NCBI RefSeq assembly: GCF_964204865.1
Contig: NC_135258.1
Coordinates: 13,950,001-14,014,000, forward strand
Direction: 5' to 3'
DNA from: Styela clava
Taxonomy: Eukaryota
DNA: 64,000 nt
Positions 11,967 through 24,900 of the stretch are shown in pieces (the stretch's first letter is position 1; each line of letters begins with the position of its first letter). The position numbers were made by a program, and so were the translations under genes. Under the pieces are notes generated by a model, which ran no database searches, was not told the DNA's origin, and saw only the letters and a program-made list of their open reading frames with translations.

Positions 11967-12595
11967 CAGTGGTTTTCAAACTCCTTGGTGGAGCAAAACC
12001 CCAACGAAACATTCAAGAGGCGTCAGAAACCCAGGTGCAATACTTTAATTTTTTCAAATTACTGCTTCAAATCAATGTCAAATATAGACTTTTATTTTAG
12101 TAAAGCCTCTTTGTTTGGGTATTAGTTTGCTCTAAGTTACCCCTATTATCATTGTTGGCGGTCACGCGACGGAAAGCCCCCGTAACATAATGCAATAACG
12201 GGAGTAAACATTGTTTTATGACAGTGACATCAGCTTGGTCAATCAATGAGGAATTTATTCTGATTACAATTATGTCATAGCTTGAATGAACAGAACACTT
12301 TTATATGGATGTTTTAATAAACTATGTCATGGATTATTCTACTTTTTCCAGATTTCAGTTTATCTTTTTGAACAAAATATGTATTACTAAAATATAATGC
12401 AATTTACAATGTGTAAATCAATTTTGCTTGACCATACAAAAATTACAGCTTGCCAGCGTCAATGCATCATCAAAATGATTCTATTCTTAACATTGTACAC
12501 GATAATTCCAACGTTATTCAATAATCACGTAGAACCTTTCATTTACGGACGTCGTTTTAAAAATCTAATAAATTAATTATTTCTCATAGAACCCG
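11967..12595. mobile_element. Degenerate hAT-like remnant
   Basis: Starts CAGTGGTTTTCAAACT, with AGAACCC-type subterminal motifs at both ends. No clean TSD; right boundary approximate. Confidence 0.35.
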
Positions 12596-15500
12596 ACTAT
12601 ACAATATATATACTTAATATACTATGCTATACTTGTGCTATATATGCTATATAATTAATAAACTCTAAACGCGAGCGTTCAACTCGAGACACGAAAGTTT
12701 TACGCCACAGATGACATACTCAAAATGTAACGACCTGTTATTTTAACACCATGTGAAAACGATATATTCATCGATAGTGTCAATTAATTATTTATTTATT
12801 TAATCAACATCGTTTCTCTTGATCATCGTCGTGTGTCCGCTGTTTGGATGGGTTAAGCTTTGATCTTGTGGTGACGTAAGGTCTTCATTAGGTTGCTCTT
12901 ACAACATCGTTAAATGTACCAGAATAGAAAACAGTAAGTACGCTTGGTTCAGGATTAATAAAGGTTATGTTGGGTAAAAAATGAAGTGAATGGGATTTAT
13001 CTGACTTTTAGTTAAATAAAATTTCATACGCTATAAACAATTGCATTGGAAATTGCACACAAGTTAAGTTGGACATTATACCACATCCATTGATTCGTTT
13101 TCCCACTCCTCCTCATGAGATCTATTCCGGAAAAGCAGTTACGATAATAACTTGAATAAATAATTGCGATAATTAATCCTTAAAAACTACAAACGAATTT
13201 GCAGTGTACCAATTAGTCTTATACACTGGATTTAACTTAATTATTTACCAACATTAATTTGGCTTTTTGAAAGTCATATTCGAATTAAATATTGGACAAC
13301 CTTTTGTAATAAAAAAAACAACTCAATTTTCTGTATTATTTTAAATAGAATTGTCTATATAGTCATTTTATTTGGAATTTGCACTTATTTCTAAGCTATT
13401 GTATCTTATTGATCTTTTGATTGAATCGCTCTGAATGACAGGTCTTTTTTAATCTTTTTCAGACGAAAAAAACATTGGAATATTTTATGATCACGAGGTC
13501 GATATTTTTGTATAATTTGGTGTGTTTCCAAGAAAATTATCTGCTATCTGTATGAGGAATCAAAAATATTTGAGACCACAACAATGAGAAGAACCTTTAA
13601 AAATGAAATATTAATGACTGATGTGCACTGTTGAAAAACGCATGATAATTTCACTAGAATTTCAAAGAAGTTAACGCTTCAAAGTTGAATAAAATATATC
13701 TAATTTTCCAACTGAAATGTGGACTGAATACATTTGATTTAACAATTTTCATTAGAATCGAAGAGAAGTTTTAGTAAATTTTTAATCTTCTGACATTTTT
13801 AAAAACATTCTTAAATTATATATATAGCACAATATCTTCATATATTTTCCTGCACAAAAATACCGGATTTTAGATTTTGTTATGCAATTTCTAGCGAGAG
13901 AAAGAAAGATTAGTATTTCAAAAATATATACAATACAGTCTAAACTCTGAATACTTATATTTTGCTTTCATATAGCGGAACATATTCTTTTGCCAGTAAG
14001 AATAATTACAACAGTGCCAGACACACAGCAGCTTGTCGCGACATTTCGATGCTGAAACAGAACTATTTTTAGAGTGATGGTTAACCAAAACTCCAACTTA
14101 CATGGGGATGTGTGTTCAATTTACTAAATTTCAAATAATTTTAAAAATATCGTTCCAATGTCATTTATTATCGTCTAGCTAGATTCTAGACTCTAGAACA
14201 AGATTCTCGATATCTAGAAATTTCTTTCTGCGTGACTTTACCGTTGTTGTCATTTCTATTTTCAATAAATGATAAGCCTTTAATTTTGATACGTCATTGG
14301 ACTTTAATCCACTTATTGTTTGAATCTTAGACTTGAGAGTTTTCGTGGTAGTGAAATTGGTGAACCATCAAAGAATCGTGATTCCTATGAATTAGAAGGT
14401 TACTTTCCGAAGAGGTAACTGTGGTGGTGAAAGCAGTCTCTTTTCCTGAAATATTTTGCTGTTCTATAACGCAGGTTGATATAGACATACCGTATTAGGC
14501 GAATAGTTAGAGGAAGCAACAAGAGTACAGATGCGATTTTAAACAACGATGATTTATCTATTTTAGTGCATCATAGTATTCGTTTTATTTTTTCAACGCT
14601 TTGTAAGAGAGACGATGTCTGAATCGAGGATTTTTAATCTAAATCTAATGTTTTTTGAACCAAATGTATAACATTAATGTAGCAATATTTTTTTTTGCTA
14701 TAGACGTTGTCTGATTTAAAAAAATAACAAATTGCATGAGATATGTTTTTAATATGCAATTAGTATTTCGTATTCAATCCATATTTCATATGCTGCCCAC
14801 CAATTTTTGTTGTTGTTGCGCCTCCAAAAAGTTTTTGTTGCGTTGTAGAGAATTAAAAATCTTTACTAATTGATTTATGTTCTTGATAAAAGTAAAAGAA
14901 AACTTTTGATTACAAGTCAGACACGATCAATTTTTAGAAACTTGAGATAAGTCAATCCGAGCGATTTACTAAATTTAAAATAGCATAATTAAAATATGAC
15001 AGTAGAAATCATTGTACGATTAATCTATCAGTTGTCGAGAGAAGTTACATGCGCGAGGGTGCAGACGTCTATCTGTTCTAGGTGGGCGTTTTCAGTTAAC
15101 GTTGTCATGTTCAAATAATTCATAGTTTATGCTATCATCAGCGTGTTTTGCGTCTTAAAAAATCTCATTCAAAATACCGAAATATATTATATTTTTTGAA
15201 TATTCTCACATGATTATGCATAGTCGCTGTACGAGCCGAGTGTATTTGGTGCTTGATAAAATTATTCCGTCTCGATATAACTAAAACTATATATATATAT
15301 ATGCAATAGCATACATATATGTGAAAATAAAAAACAGGCCACTTTACTTTACTCACAAGAATAATCGTATATAAAGTCTTGAATTACCTTTCTTCTGTGT
15401 AGACAAAAAACTTTGAACCTTGCGTGGATCTTTTTCTTAATCTCTTTATGAGTAGTTTCCACCATTGACTCACATTTCACTGTCAAAAATTATATATTCG

Positions 15501-16814
15501 TCCTGTAGTATGTTTCTTTGAATTGAACATTGAAATAATAACAGTTTTTTGATTCTATTCATGTGAAACCATATAATTATATTTCTCATATATTTTCTGG
15601 TGTATAATTTGGAATCTTATCTGAAATCATTTTAGAAAATTTTGCGCATGGTTCAAGGACGGTGACTTTTAGACGCAAAACATAAAAATCATTACTCTCA
15701 GTAATATTGACAGAAAAATTAAAGTACTCTCCGAGATATTTTTATTTTTGATTTAATTTTTATTATGATCAAAAAGCCAATAATATAAACGCTAATATGA
15801 ACAATAACAAATATGGAAAGGAGGATTTATTTACCATTGATTAAACAATTGTTACATTGGTTCGTTCAATACCATCAACATATTAGCAGCATTGATTGAA
15901 ATTGATTTCAAACCCTATTTTCATCAAATAATTACGATAAGATTCGGATAATTATATGTATTAGCATTCGTAGTTCATTAGGTAACTATAATCAAAAAAT
16001 ATGTTACGTGGGTATTTAGCGTTACATGTTTATTTAGTAAGATAGTGGGCTCCTAAGTGAAGTGATGATGGTTCAATGGTGTGAATGAGTATTTTTGTTA
16101 CCAACTTATTTCAAGTATAAAATCAGTTCAATAAGTTTTGATGGTGTTTTTGTTGCAGTGGGATTAATATATATAGTCAACCTTAGGCAAAGAGTTACAG
16201 TAGGTATATGTCATAGGATTCATAAAAATTGCTAGGAAATACGAAATAAATTTACTACATTTCGGATACAGTGTGCCCATAATGTACCGTGACTATTGTG
16301 AACTTTAATATCAGGTCATCTACTTGCGAAGTAAAAACAAAGTTAGTTTAAAAATCGAACTACCTCTTTATTAATATTCTAAGATGTCAAATTGCCGGAT
16401 GTTGAACGTTGCCATTTTTCTCAATATAGATATCGAATTTTGATTGGCAATTTGTCAATTTTTCGCGACAAGATAAGTTAACTTTTCACGTCAATATACG
16501 TTTACCCAAAAGTCATTTTTGTTCTTTCAATAACGATTTTTATGTTTTTTGTGAAATGTTCCGTGATTATTTATCATGACGGTTAGGATAAGCAAGAGGT
16601 AATCATATTAATATATTCAAAGTGTCCTAACGATGCGGCGTACTGATTTAAAATAGTGAGGTGGAAACTATATGTGCACAAAAACGACCACCATCTCTGG
16701 TTGTATCAAGATTTGTTAGAGTTGTCATCTGGTATAATTTGGACCAACCTTGGAAAGAAGATTTTGCAAGTATAATCCCAAGCTATTCAAAAGAAATGAG
16801 ACGACAATAATATA

Positions 16815-17077
16815 AACAAGAGAGCGACCTCAGATATATGGACAAGAATGCCAAAACGAAGTATAACGCTATCTAATCTTTCACATTACCGATACGGTAG
16901 GCTAGCGTAGTCTTCGCACGTGGACGCAAACCAAACACGGAACCGCCACAAGGTGCGCAATTTTTAATTTTGATGACGTCATCACACACAATAAAAAACG
17001 AATCCTAGAAGAACACGAACATGAAAAAGAATTCTAACAACAACATAATAACAAAATTTTCACTCCGTGTTCAATAA
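16815..17077 (-). mobile_element. Helentron-type interspersed element (HINE family A)
   Basis: Shares the family ends AACAAGAGAGC..ATATATGGAC and GTGT(C/T)CAATAA, the TGACGTCA core and AAC microsatellite with copies at 20189, 20520, 38193 and 52587. Confidence 0.65.
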
Positions 17078-17376
17078 GAGTATGTAAAATATATCCAATC
17101 AGGCAATTTAGACCCTGCTATTGTTAAATTGTTTCTTCTTCTCTCATACACGATTGCATACATCGATAGTAAGTTTGACTAGCAGTTTTGGGTTGACTAA
17201 TTTTGTCACATTTTTTAGGTTTTCTGCTTATTTCTCCTGAACAGTTATTAATTTATATTAAACGTTGCTTAAAGCACTGCATTTAATTACAGATGCATTT
17301 TACAGTTTATACATATTTTATGGAACTAGATAGTAGCTAAAATTATAAGAAAAAATTTGTTTTGGAAATACCACTC

Positions 17377-19828
17377 ATGTATAGTGGATCGGATAGTCAA
17401 AAAATGGGTGCACCGTCATCACAGAAGTTTATGGAAGTATCGGGAGGTAAAACTACAATAATGCGGACACAGTCTTCAAAACAAACGCCAGAAAATCGTG
17501 AAAATAAGACTCGTAGAATTGCAACATTTCCGACGATATTGAAATATGATATTGTAAACGTTCATAACATTCATATTCCCGAATTAGTCCCCGATTCTCG
17601 TCTTGAAAAACACATTCCTATGCCGTACAACAAAGCAGCCAATTTGCGTTGTAATCGATTTTACATAAATTTATCAAAAGATAAACCGTTATCTAAAACG
17701 TCCAGGGCTAAAACTAAAAACATGCAAAATGTAACTAACAATTTGACAAAAAATTTAGGACCTGTTTCAAAACCTTTCTCCGAAAAGCGCAATCGATTTC
17801 AAAAACACAGAAATCAAAAATCATCAAGATTTTTAACAACCGAACCTGAAGGCCACAGTGAGCGCCAACTGGAAAGAGCCAAATCAGTTCCTACAAGACA
17901 ATTCACAGCTTCTGAATTCTCCCAGCATAATAGACGTCAACGTAGCAAAAGCGATAGCGTGGTCAAAGAGCAACCACGACTGAATAATTTCAATGCTGAT
18001 AAAAATCACAGTCATCGTCTTGCTACAATCGTATACCGTCAAACATTTGAAGACGGCCGTACAATTAAAATATACAACAATGCCACCAGGCCTTCTGCAG
18101 GCCGATGTCGATCGAAAAAAGCTGCTTCCGCTTCAGTTATTAAGTCTTCATCGTATACAAGCTCCAAATACCTCAGCCTTTGTTATGGGTGTTTGGGAGA
18201 TACCGGTAGTGAATCAAGCGATTTATCATCTGGCGAAGAAGACGATGAAGGTATATATATTACATTGCTTGTTGGTATTCCACAAACCATTCACAAGCCT
18301 CGTTTGATTACGTTTGTATTCGCTGAACAAAACGAATTCTGCGATAGCTGCAGTGAAAAACAAATTTGAATTTTCTTGTATGCAAATAGGTGGAATCATT
18401 CAACGTGGGTAAATTGACAAAGGAGAATATCTGGCAAAACGGTGTTCAATAAGCCAGCTTTAGATACATCAGTATACTGTAACGTAATATGCAAGTAGTC
18501 AGAAGATTACTAAAATGCTGTGAGTTCTATATTAAGCATGAATTTTAAATTAAAAGCGAGGTCGGTAAAACGTAAATTTAAAAAAAAAGTAACTTTGATA
18601 CAGTTTGATGAGAAATTGAGTTCCAGATTTTCAATAATTTGTTTAATGGATGCTGATTATAATCAGTTAGCAGTCCTACGGTTGGGCCGAATTTTTCAGT
18701 ACTTTGAAGTCAATAAAAAATTACAGCAGCGTTTTCATTTCGAAATAGGAAGTGACACCGACAATGGCGCAGAAGGAAAAGCGTCTTGTCAGCTAGAAAT
18801 CGAACAAGGTTCAGTAGAAAGCGAAGATGATGATGGAGATAGTACCGGTACTGAGACCGATGAAGAAGAATCGATCGATTCGAGAGCCTCTGATTGCAGG
18901 TAATATATGCCAAACAAATGCTCGTTACTTTTTAGCAATTATCAAATTCTCTGAAGCTGTCAATGTATACTTTTGTATTCTGGTTACACACTATTGAAGG
19001 AGTTTACTTTACCTGGCTTAACGTGTCAGCAGTATGTCGGCTACTAGTGTAACAGTAAACTGATTTTTCATCCGCTTGGAGTGATTATCAAGACGAAAAT
19101 CTTTTAAAAAGGCCTTCTGTGTCACAAACTTAAATTGTTCAAAATTACCCGCTCGCGACCATAAGATATTCAGTCACCTGTTGCAACATGTGCCGCCGAG
19201 TTAACGTATTGCTAAATGCGTGTAGATTGCTTTGGTAACATTCAATGGAAATATTGATGGTTTACGTATACTATAATATAAAATAAAAAGTAAAATCGTT
19301 TTATAATTCTTGTTTCACTTAAATTCTATGATATACTTTTCTTAAACTAATTGTTAATTTTCAGTTCTTTATTCGATGAGGAATTGGTGCTGTATGATAC
19401 ACAGGGCGGGGCAGATGGATGTGTAAATGATACTGATGATGATTTCAACTATGACAGAGGATGCCGGGATGGCGTGGATGGTATATAAAGATCGAGAAAA
19501 ACCTCGATTTTACATATCTAAATACTTTTACATATTATCATCTGCCTATAATGCGAACGTTTTTTTTAATTTGACCCAAGAGACAGTGTTTTCTCGTTGA
19601 TTGGATTAAAAAATGAGCAAGTGATTTCAAACCTTGAAAAATGGCAATATCCATCTTATCTAAATTGAAGTTATTTCAATAAAATTAAGGACGTTTTGGT
19701 AAGAAGCAATGGTGCTTGTTTTATCGCTCTAACACTTTTCTCCAACAGTTCCCATTTTACTTTCAGATGCAGACGACGAAAAAGACGAACTTGACTCAAT
19801 ATTTGCTATGTCTGATATATATGATTGA
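17377..19828 (+). CDS. Uncharacterised ~400-aa protein, probably disordered, basic N-terminal region and acidic C-terminal tail
   Basis: Exons 17377-18250, 18749-18899, 19365-19480 and 19767-19828 join in frame through GT-AG introns (phases 1,2,1) to 1203 nt, ending ..DELDSIFAMSDIYD*. Longest ORF in the window. Start codon uncertain (17377 or 17404, or an upstream exon). Confidence 0.75.
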
Positions 19829-20188
19829 AACGACGGATTATTTATTGTTATCAGATCTTGGGAAAATGATTAATATTATCGCCATATTTGTTTATGCTTA
19901 TGCTTCTTACCACATTTATGTATTGGCTAACAGTTATATCAATGTTGATGAATAATAATAAGAAGAAGTTAAAAAGAAATACTAACATGATGATCATCAA
20001 AAACAAAATACCAAAACGATTCAAAAATGATTGTCATGTATTGAAATTGTGCAAATATTTATTATATTTTGAAACATCATACGAATATCACGCATTGTTT
20101 ATTTAATATTCGAGTATGCCATATTAGACAATAGTGAGGTTGATGTTCAAACGAAAATCATTCTTTTAAAAGCTAATAAGATAGTGTT

Positions 20189-20495
20189 AACAAGAGATCC
20201 ATACTCAGATATATGGACACCAGGGTCAAAACGAAGTAGTATCAAATCTTCTACAGTACACTGAGTACAGGTAGTCTGGACGCCAGATCACTGCAATACG
20301 CTCGCGAGACCGCCAAACGGTGCTCAATTTTTAATTCTGATGACTTTTGCGCACAAAACTTCATAGTGAGAAGGGGATTCTAAGAGCCGACAGAATTCTT
20401 TGAAATAAATAAAAATAATACCCTTTTTGCGACAACAAAAATCTTTAACCATAGAACACACAAAGCAATGGGTTCAGTAGTTTTCTGTCCAATAA
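20189..20495 (-). mobile_element. HINE family A copy
   Basis: AACAAGAG..ATATATGGACAC at the left and TGTCCAATAA at the right; internal similarity to the 16815 copy. Confidence 0.65.
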
Positions 20496-20519
20496 CAGAT
20501 TCAAATATTTAAAGTAAAA

Positions 20520-21160
20520 GGACGCGAAGTGGACCTATGAATCTTTTCGTTAATATGTTGTTGTTGGTATTCTTTTTCTCGTTGGACACGAAGTGAACCT
20601 ATAGATCGTTTTCTTCTTCTAATTATTATGTTGTTGTTGATGATAGTGGTATTCTTTTTCTTGTTGTCATAGTTGTTGCGAAAAATCGCTTCAGTCTTTT
20701 ACTACTGAACCAATTGCTTTAAAATTTTTAATGATTAAAAATTGCTGTTGTCACTATGCGGCTATTGCTCTTATTTATTTCAAAAATTTCTGTGGGCTCT
20801 ATTGGATTCGTTTTTCACGAAATATAACGTCATCAAAATAAAAACAAACTGCGCACCTTGTGGCTGTTCCACGTTTGCGTTCGCGATCGTTGCGATTTGG
20901 AAATAGGTCGAAGTCAGGAAGACTACGGTGCCGATACTGTAAAAGATTTAAAATAGTGCTACCGTGTTTTCCCAAAAATAAGACCTAGCCTGAATTTAAA
21001 AAATGATTTATATATATATATATATATATGACATCCCCCAAAAATAAGCCCTAATGTCATTTTTCGGAACAAACTTGAAATAAGACTCAGTCTTATTTTG
21101 GGGGAAACACGATACTTCGTTTTGGCTTTCGTGTCCACATATTAAAGCATTGCTCTCTTT
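20520..21160 (+). mobile_element. HINE family A copy (opposite orientation, duplicated 5' end, MITE inserted)
   Basis: GGACGCGAAGTGGACCT..(TTG)n occurs twice (20520-20580, 20582-20660). Ends GTGTCCACATATTAAAGCATTGCTCTCTTT. Confidence 0.65.
20962..21112. mobile_element. pogo/Tigger-like MITE with (TA)n core
   Basis: TA-CCGTGTTTTCCCAAAAATAAGAC ... GTCTTATTTTGGGGGAAACACGA-TA. Same termini as 4594-5370. Confidence 0.8.
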
Positions 21161-21940
21161 TTATTACTATTATTATTGGAAGGAGAGGTTTACGCGCTGT
21201 AGTCTGGAGAGCAAATTGAAGCAAGTCCAGGGCCAAAGAGGGTCAATGGATCATTTTGCAAAATTGTTGTGAAAAAATCGTCTTTATCTGCATCTAATAT
21301 GTCTGTTATAACATGCACGATGACAAGTGCGACAACGTTGTCGGGGGATTTCGCTGAACTTGAGCACTATCCATCGTTTAAGAGTGAAAATTGACGTCAT
21401 TTCTCCGGTGCGTTTTCACTAAAATATTCTGTTGCATTACGCAATCGATTTGTTTTTATATCTATGTCCAGGTGGAAAACGAGTGACATTCAGTTAAAAA
21501 TAATTGTTTATTTATCCAATGCGTATATATCGATTTGTGTGTCATCTTTCCCCTTTGTCAAAATTTTCGTTTCAGTAACTAAGATGTGCTATATATTTTA
21601 CACGTTGACGGTGAACGATTTAGAAACATTTGAAATATAAATTCAATTGCATTAATGGATTAGTATTATGAAGCAGTTGAAACGGCGCACTCGTATTTCC
21701 ATTTGATTTCGCCGACCGGTAATAAATATATTATATATATTGTATATTACCCCTCATCTTTAATTGCGATCAGGTCCAGATAAAATAATTTTCAAAAAAG
21801 AAGACAGCCGCAAAACTGCAATTCCGATTACGTTATTTCGTTGAATATCAAAATTGACTTCATTTGGACTAAAGATTTCCTACGGAGAGCATCGCATTCA
21901 AAATGGCAGTTGCTAATATTTTCAAAATATTATTCGTAAC

Positions 21941-24900
21941 ATGAAAATTAAGATGCTATTTGGATCTATTTTAAAGAACTTTTTTGTTGTCATTGCACTC
22001 TTCTCTTGTGGTAAGTTTTCGAATACAGATGGCAAATATGTATAATGGAAAATTCTAAAATTCTAATCGAATATTGCTAGTTAAGAGTAATATTTTATTT
22101 AGATTGAAATTTACTTGAAGTACAAAATTTAAATAAGAAGATTAATTTTTCTTTAACAGTTGCAAACTGCTGGTTCTATGATAAAAATTGGAGCGCAAAT
22201 GGTAAGTTTTTGTTTCAAGCATGGGTGTTTTTCGAGCCAAGATTATTAATGGAAATTTGGATTAGAATTATCTTATCTCTGGTTCTTGTTGAGATTTTTC
22301 ACAGAAACTTACATAAGAACAACTCAGAAGTAATAAAAAACGATTTTTTGCTGATACGTATAGCCTATGCCATCGAAAAGAAGTAAGCATTAAATAATTC
22401 TGTAATGGCAGTTATAGTGCAAACTATGTATATGCAATGACTAGGAAAGGTATATGTACAGGCAAAACTACGCATTTATTATATAAACTAAACTATAAAG
22501 TTTGAAAAGAAGGGTATTTATTTCGAAGAGAACAATCATGATATATAGAGGCGATCGGTTTAAATTGATAACATCTTCCAACTTGTTTTATTTATGACTT
22601 GTTCAGGAAACAGAACTACTACCATAACCTATTATTACTACATTAATGGATCGTGGGTTGCTTCAACTACAATAAAGCCTGCTACAAATGGTAATTAAGA
22701 TAAATTTTGACTGACATTGAATTTAAAAAACGCATATAAATATAAATGGTTTTGAAAATTTTATTGTTTGTATATTGTATTCTGAATATTCAAGTATTGG
22801 CACAAATTCGATGCAGTAGTTGTGTTGGATTTCTACGCTTGAAACCGATGAAGGCTTGAATATAATGGCTCACACGTTACACATACAAGACAAAAGTAGG
22901 CAAATAAATTATCTGAACAATCTTATGAACTCATTTGCCGTATTTGGGTGCGTCGTCGTTATAAAATTCTAAACCTGGTTACGAACTCATTTATTTGAGC
23001 GACGATACGCTGATACCCTTTTGACGAAGTTGATGGTCATTAAAAAACGAGATTTTTGTGAAGATATTATTTCTCTTTGCTACGGTACATATATATGATT
23101 AAATCCAAGCAAACTGTATTAAAATTGAAAAGTAATAAACTGCTCAATATTTGGTTTATCGCGTATTCAGTTTGAAAACAGTTTAAACAATCAAAAACCA
23201 GGGTCAAAAGTTTTGCGTTTTGTACATGTGTTAACGGTTCCGTTACATTTGAACCCACGTACATTTGAACCCATGACAATTGCACCTGTATGCTATTGCA
23301 CCTATGGATTTTTTTTTGTTTCACGGATAGTTAAACCCATACTAACCCTAACCCATGGGTTTTAGCACCTGCATATAGATTGAACCCGTGGATATACGCA
23401 TGGGTTCAAATGTACATGGGTTCAAATGTACGGTCACCGTGTTAACGCTTGTATTGCGCTTGAAATGAAACCTGTGGTTTATAAGAACTTTAGGATTCGT
23501 CGACCGGATTTACCATCATGTTTTATTATGTATAGGATTTTACGGGAAAGGATTTCACATATTCATTTCGGAATCCGAGACACACAAGATTTTTTTATGG
23601 AATTTTTTTATTAATGTAACGTTACAGGTGGTGGGAATGAGTTGACAACTGTGCCGAGAACTGACCACATTGAAGCTACTACTGCTATGACTTCAATTGG
23701 CTCAGGATCTGGTAAATACATTTTTCTTTTGCTCCATTGGCAACATTATACTTTTCAGATAAGAAAAGGGCGATTGCATGAACGAAATTTGCTGACAATA
23801 GTATTGTCCTGATTATTTGGTTTCTGCGAGACTAACTACTTATCCTTCTTCTATGCGTTTGTGCCGGTAGATCCGTATGCATATATTGCAAGGATGCTGT
23901 AGCAAGAGTAGAGATACCAATCCTAAGGGATTCAAGAGTCTTGCTGCACACTAGCACAAATATATTTCTGTAACGTTTCGTCTGACCAAGGTCAGACTTC
24001 TTCAGACATACATAGTTCAACTATAATAGTATTGTCATTACTATTTTTTGTTAATTCAGGTCCGACTGACAAAACTGTCCAAGCCCAATTCGTTGAAGAG
24101 ATAAGTAACACAGAGTCTGTAAGTACATACTTACATTACATACCTTTAGCTTTTCAATATAGCTTAAATTAGGCACTGCCTGTGTTGTTATTCATTATAT
24201 ATATTACCCTCGCAGATGTATTTTAGTGTTTTTAAATAGTCTTTTTTGTGAAATGTTACAATCATATTTTTGCCCGTCCATCACATAGGTTTCTGATACA
24301 AATGCAATACTTGATCGTTTGCAAACGTCACACTTGACGTCATCCGAGAAAAACGAAGTTGTATCAAACTTGATGGATGTTGTTGAACAACAAGTATCTG
24401 TATCGACTGACAATACAAAAATCAGTGCAAATGAATTAATCTCAGTCTTTGATCGGATTGAAAACTTCGTTTCCATTTTAGACGAAGATAAAGTTGAGGT
24501 TAGTGTTAAATCTTGATTAACGCAACTACCGGTACGTCAAGTAAATTTTTCTATAAAATGATCAGTTAGGTAGGTGTAGGGTTGAATATATTATGGTCCC
24601 AATTACCATTAAAATGGCTTCCTCTGTAAAGGGCATATGGTATGCTCTATAGTCTACAATCTACATCACTCTACATCCACAGTACCGTCTACTGTAAAAC
24701 TGAGTTCATATCGCCAGTTCTTGTTTGGCTGGTTCGTACGTTAGTAAATCTGCAATCATGACTCCGATTAGCTCCGTACTCCTCTTCATGTAAGAATCCA
24801 TAATCTTTACCAAATTAAATTCATTAATAGTTTATAGTTTTTTAAATCAAATTTTCGATAATAAAAGTAAGTCAAACTTCGCTTTAGGAAGGTTGGCCTC

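Noticed and set aside
14170-14222. Cluster of CTAG/TCTAGA motifs
   Set aside because: Too short and irregular to assign a structure; likely a decayed low-complexity repeat.
17993-18913. Overlapping ORFs 17993-18307 (+) and 18710-18913 (-)
   Set aside because: Alternative-frame or antisense shadows of the orphan gene exons, with no independent support.
19828-21941. Orphan gene and aGPCR as a polycistronic (operon-like) unit or a single gene
   Set aside because: They are separated by 2.1 kb of repeats, the orphan has its own stop and the aGPCR has its own signal-peptide exon. There is no sequence evidence of co-transcription.
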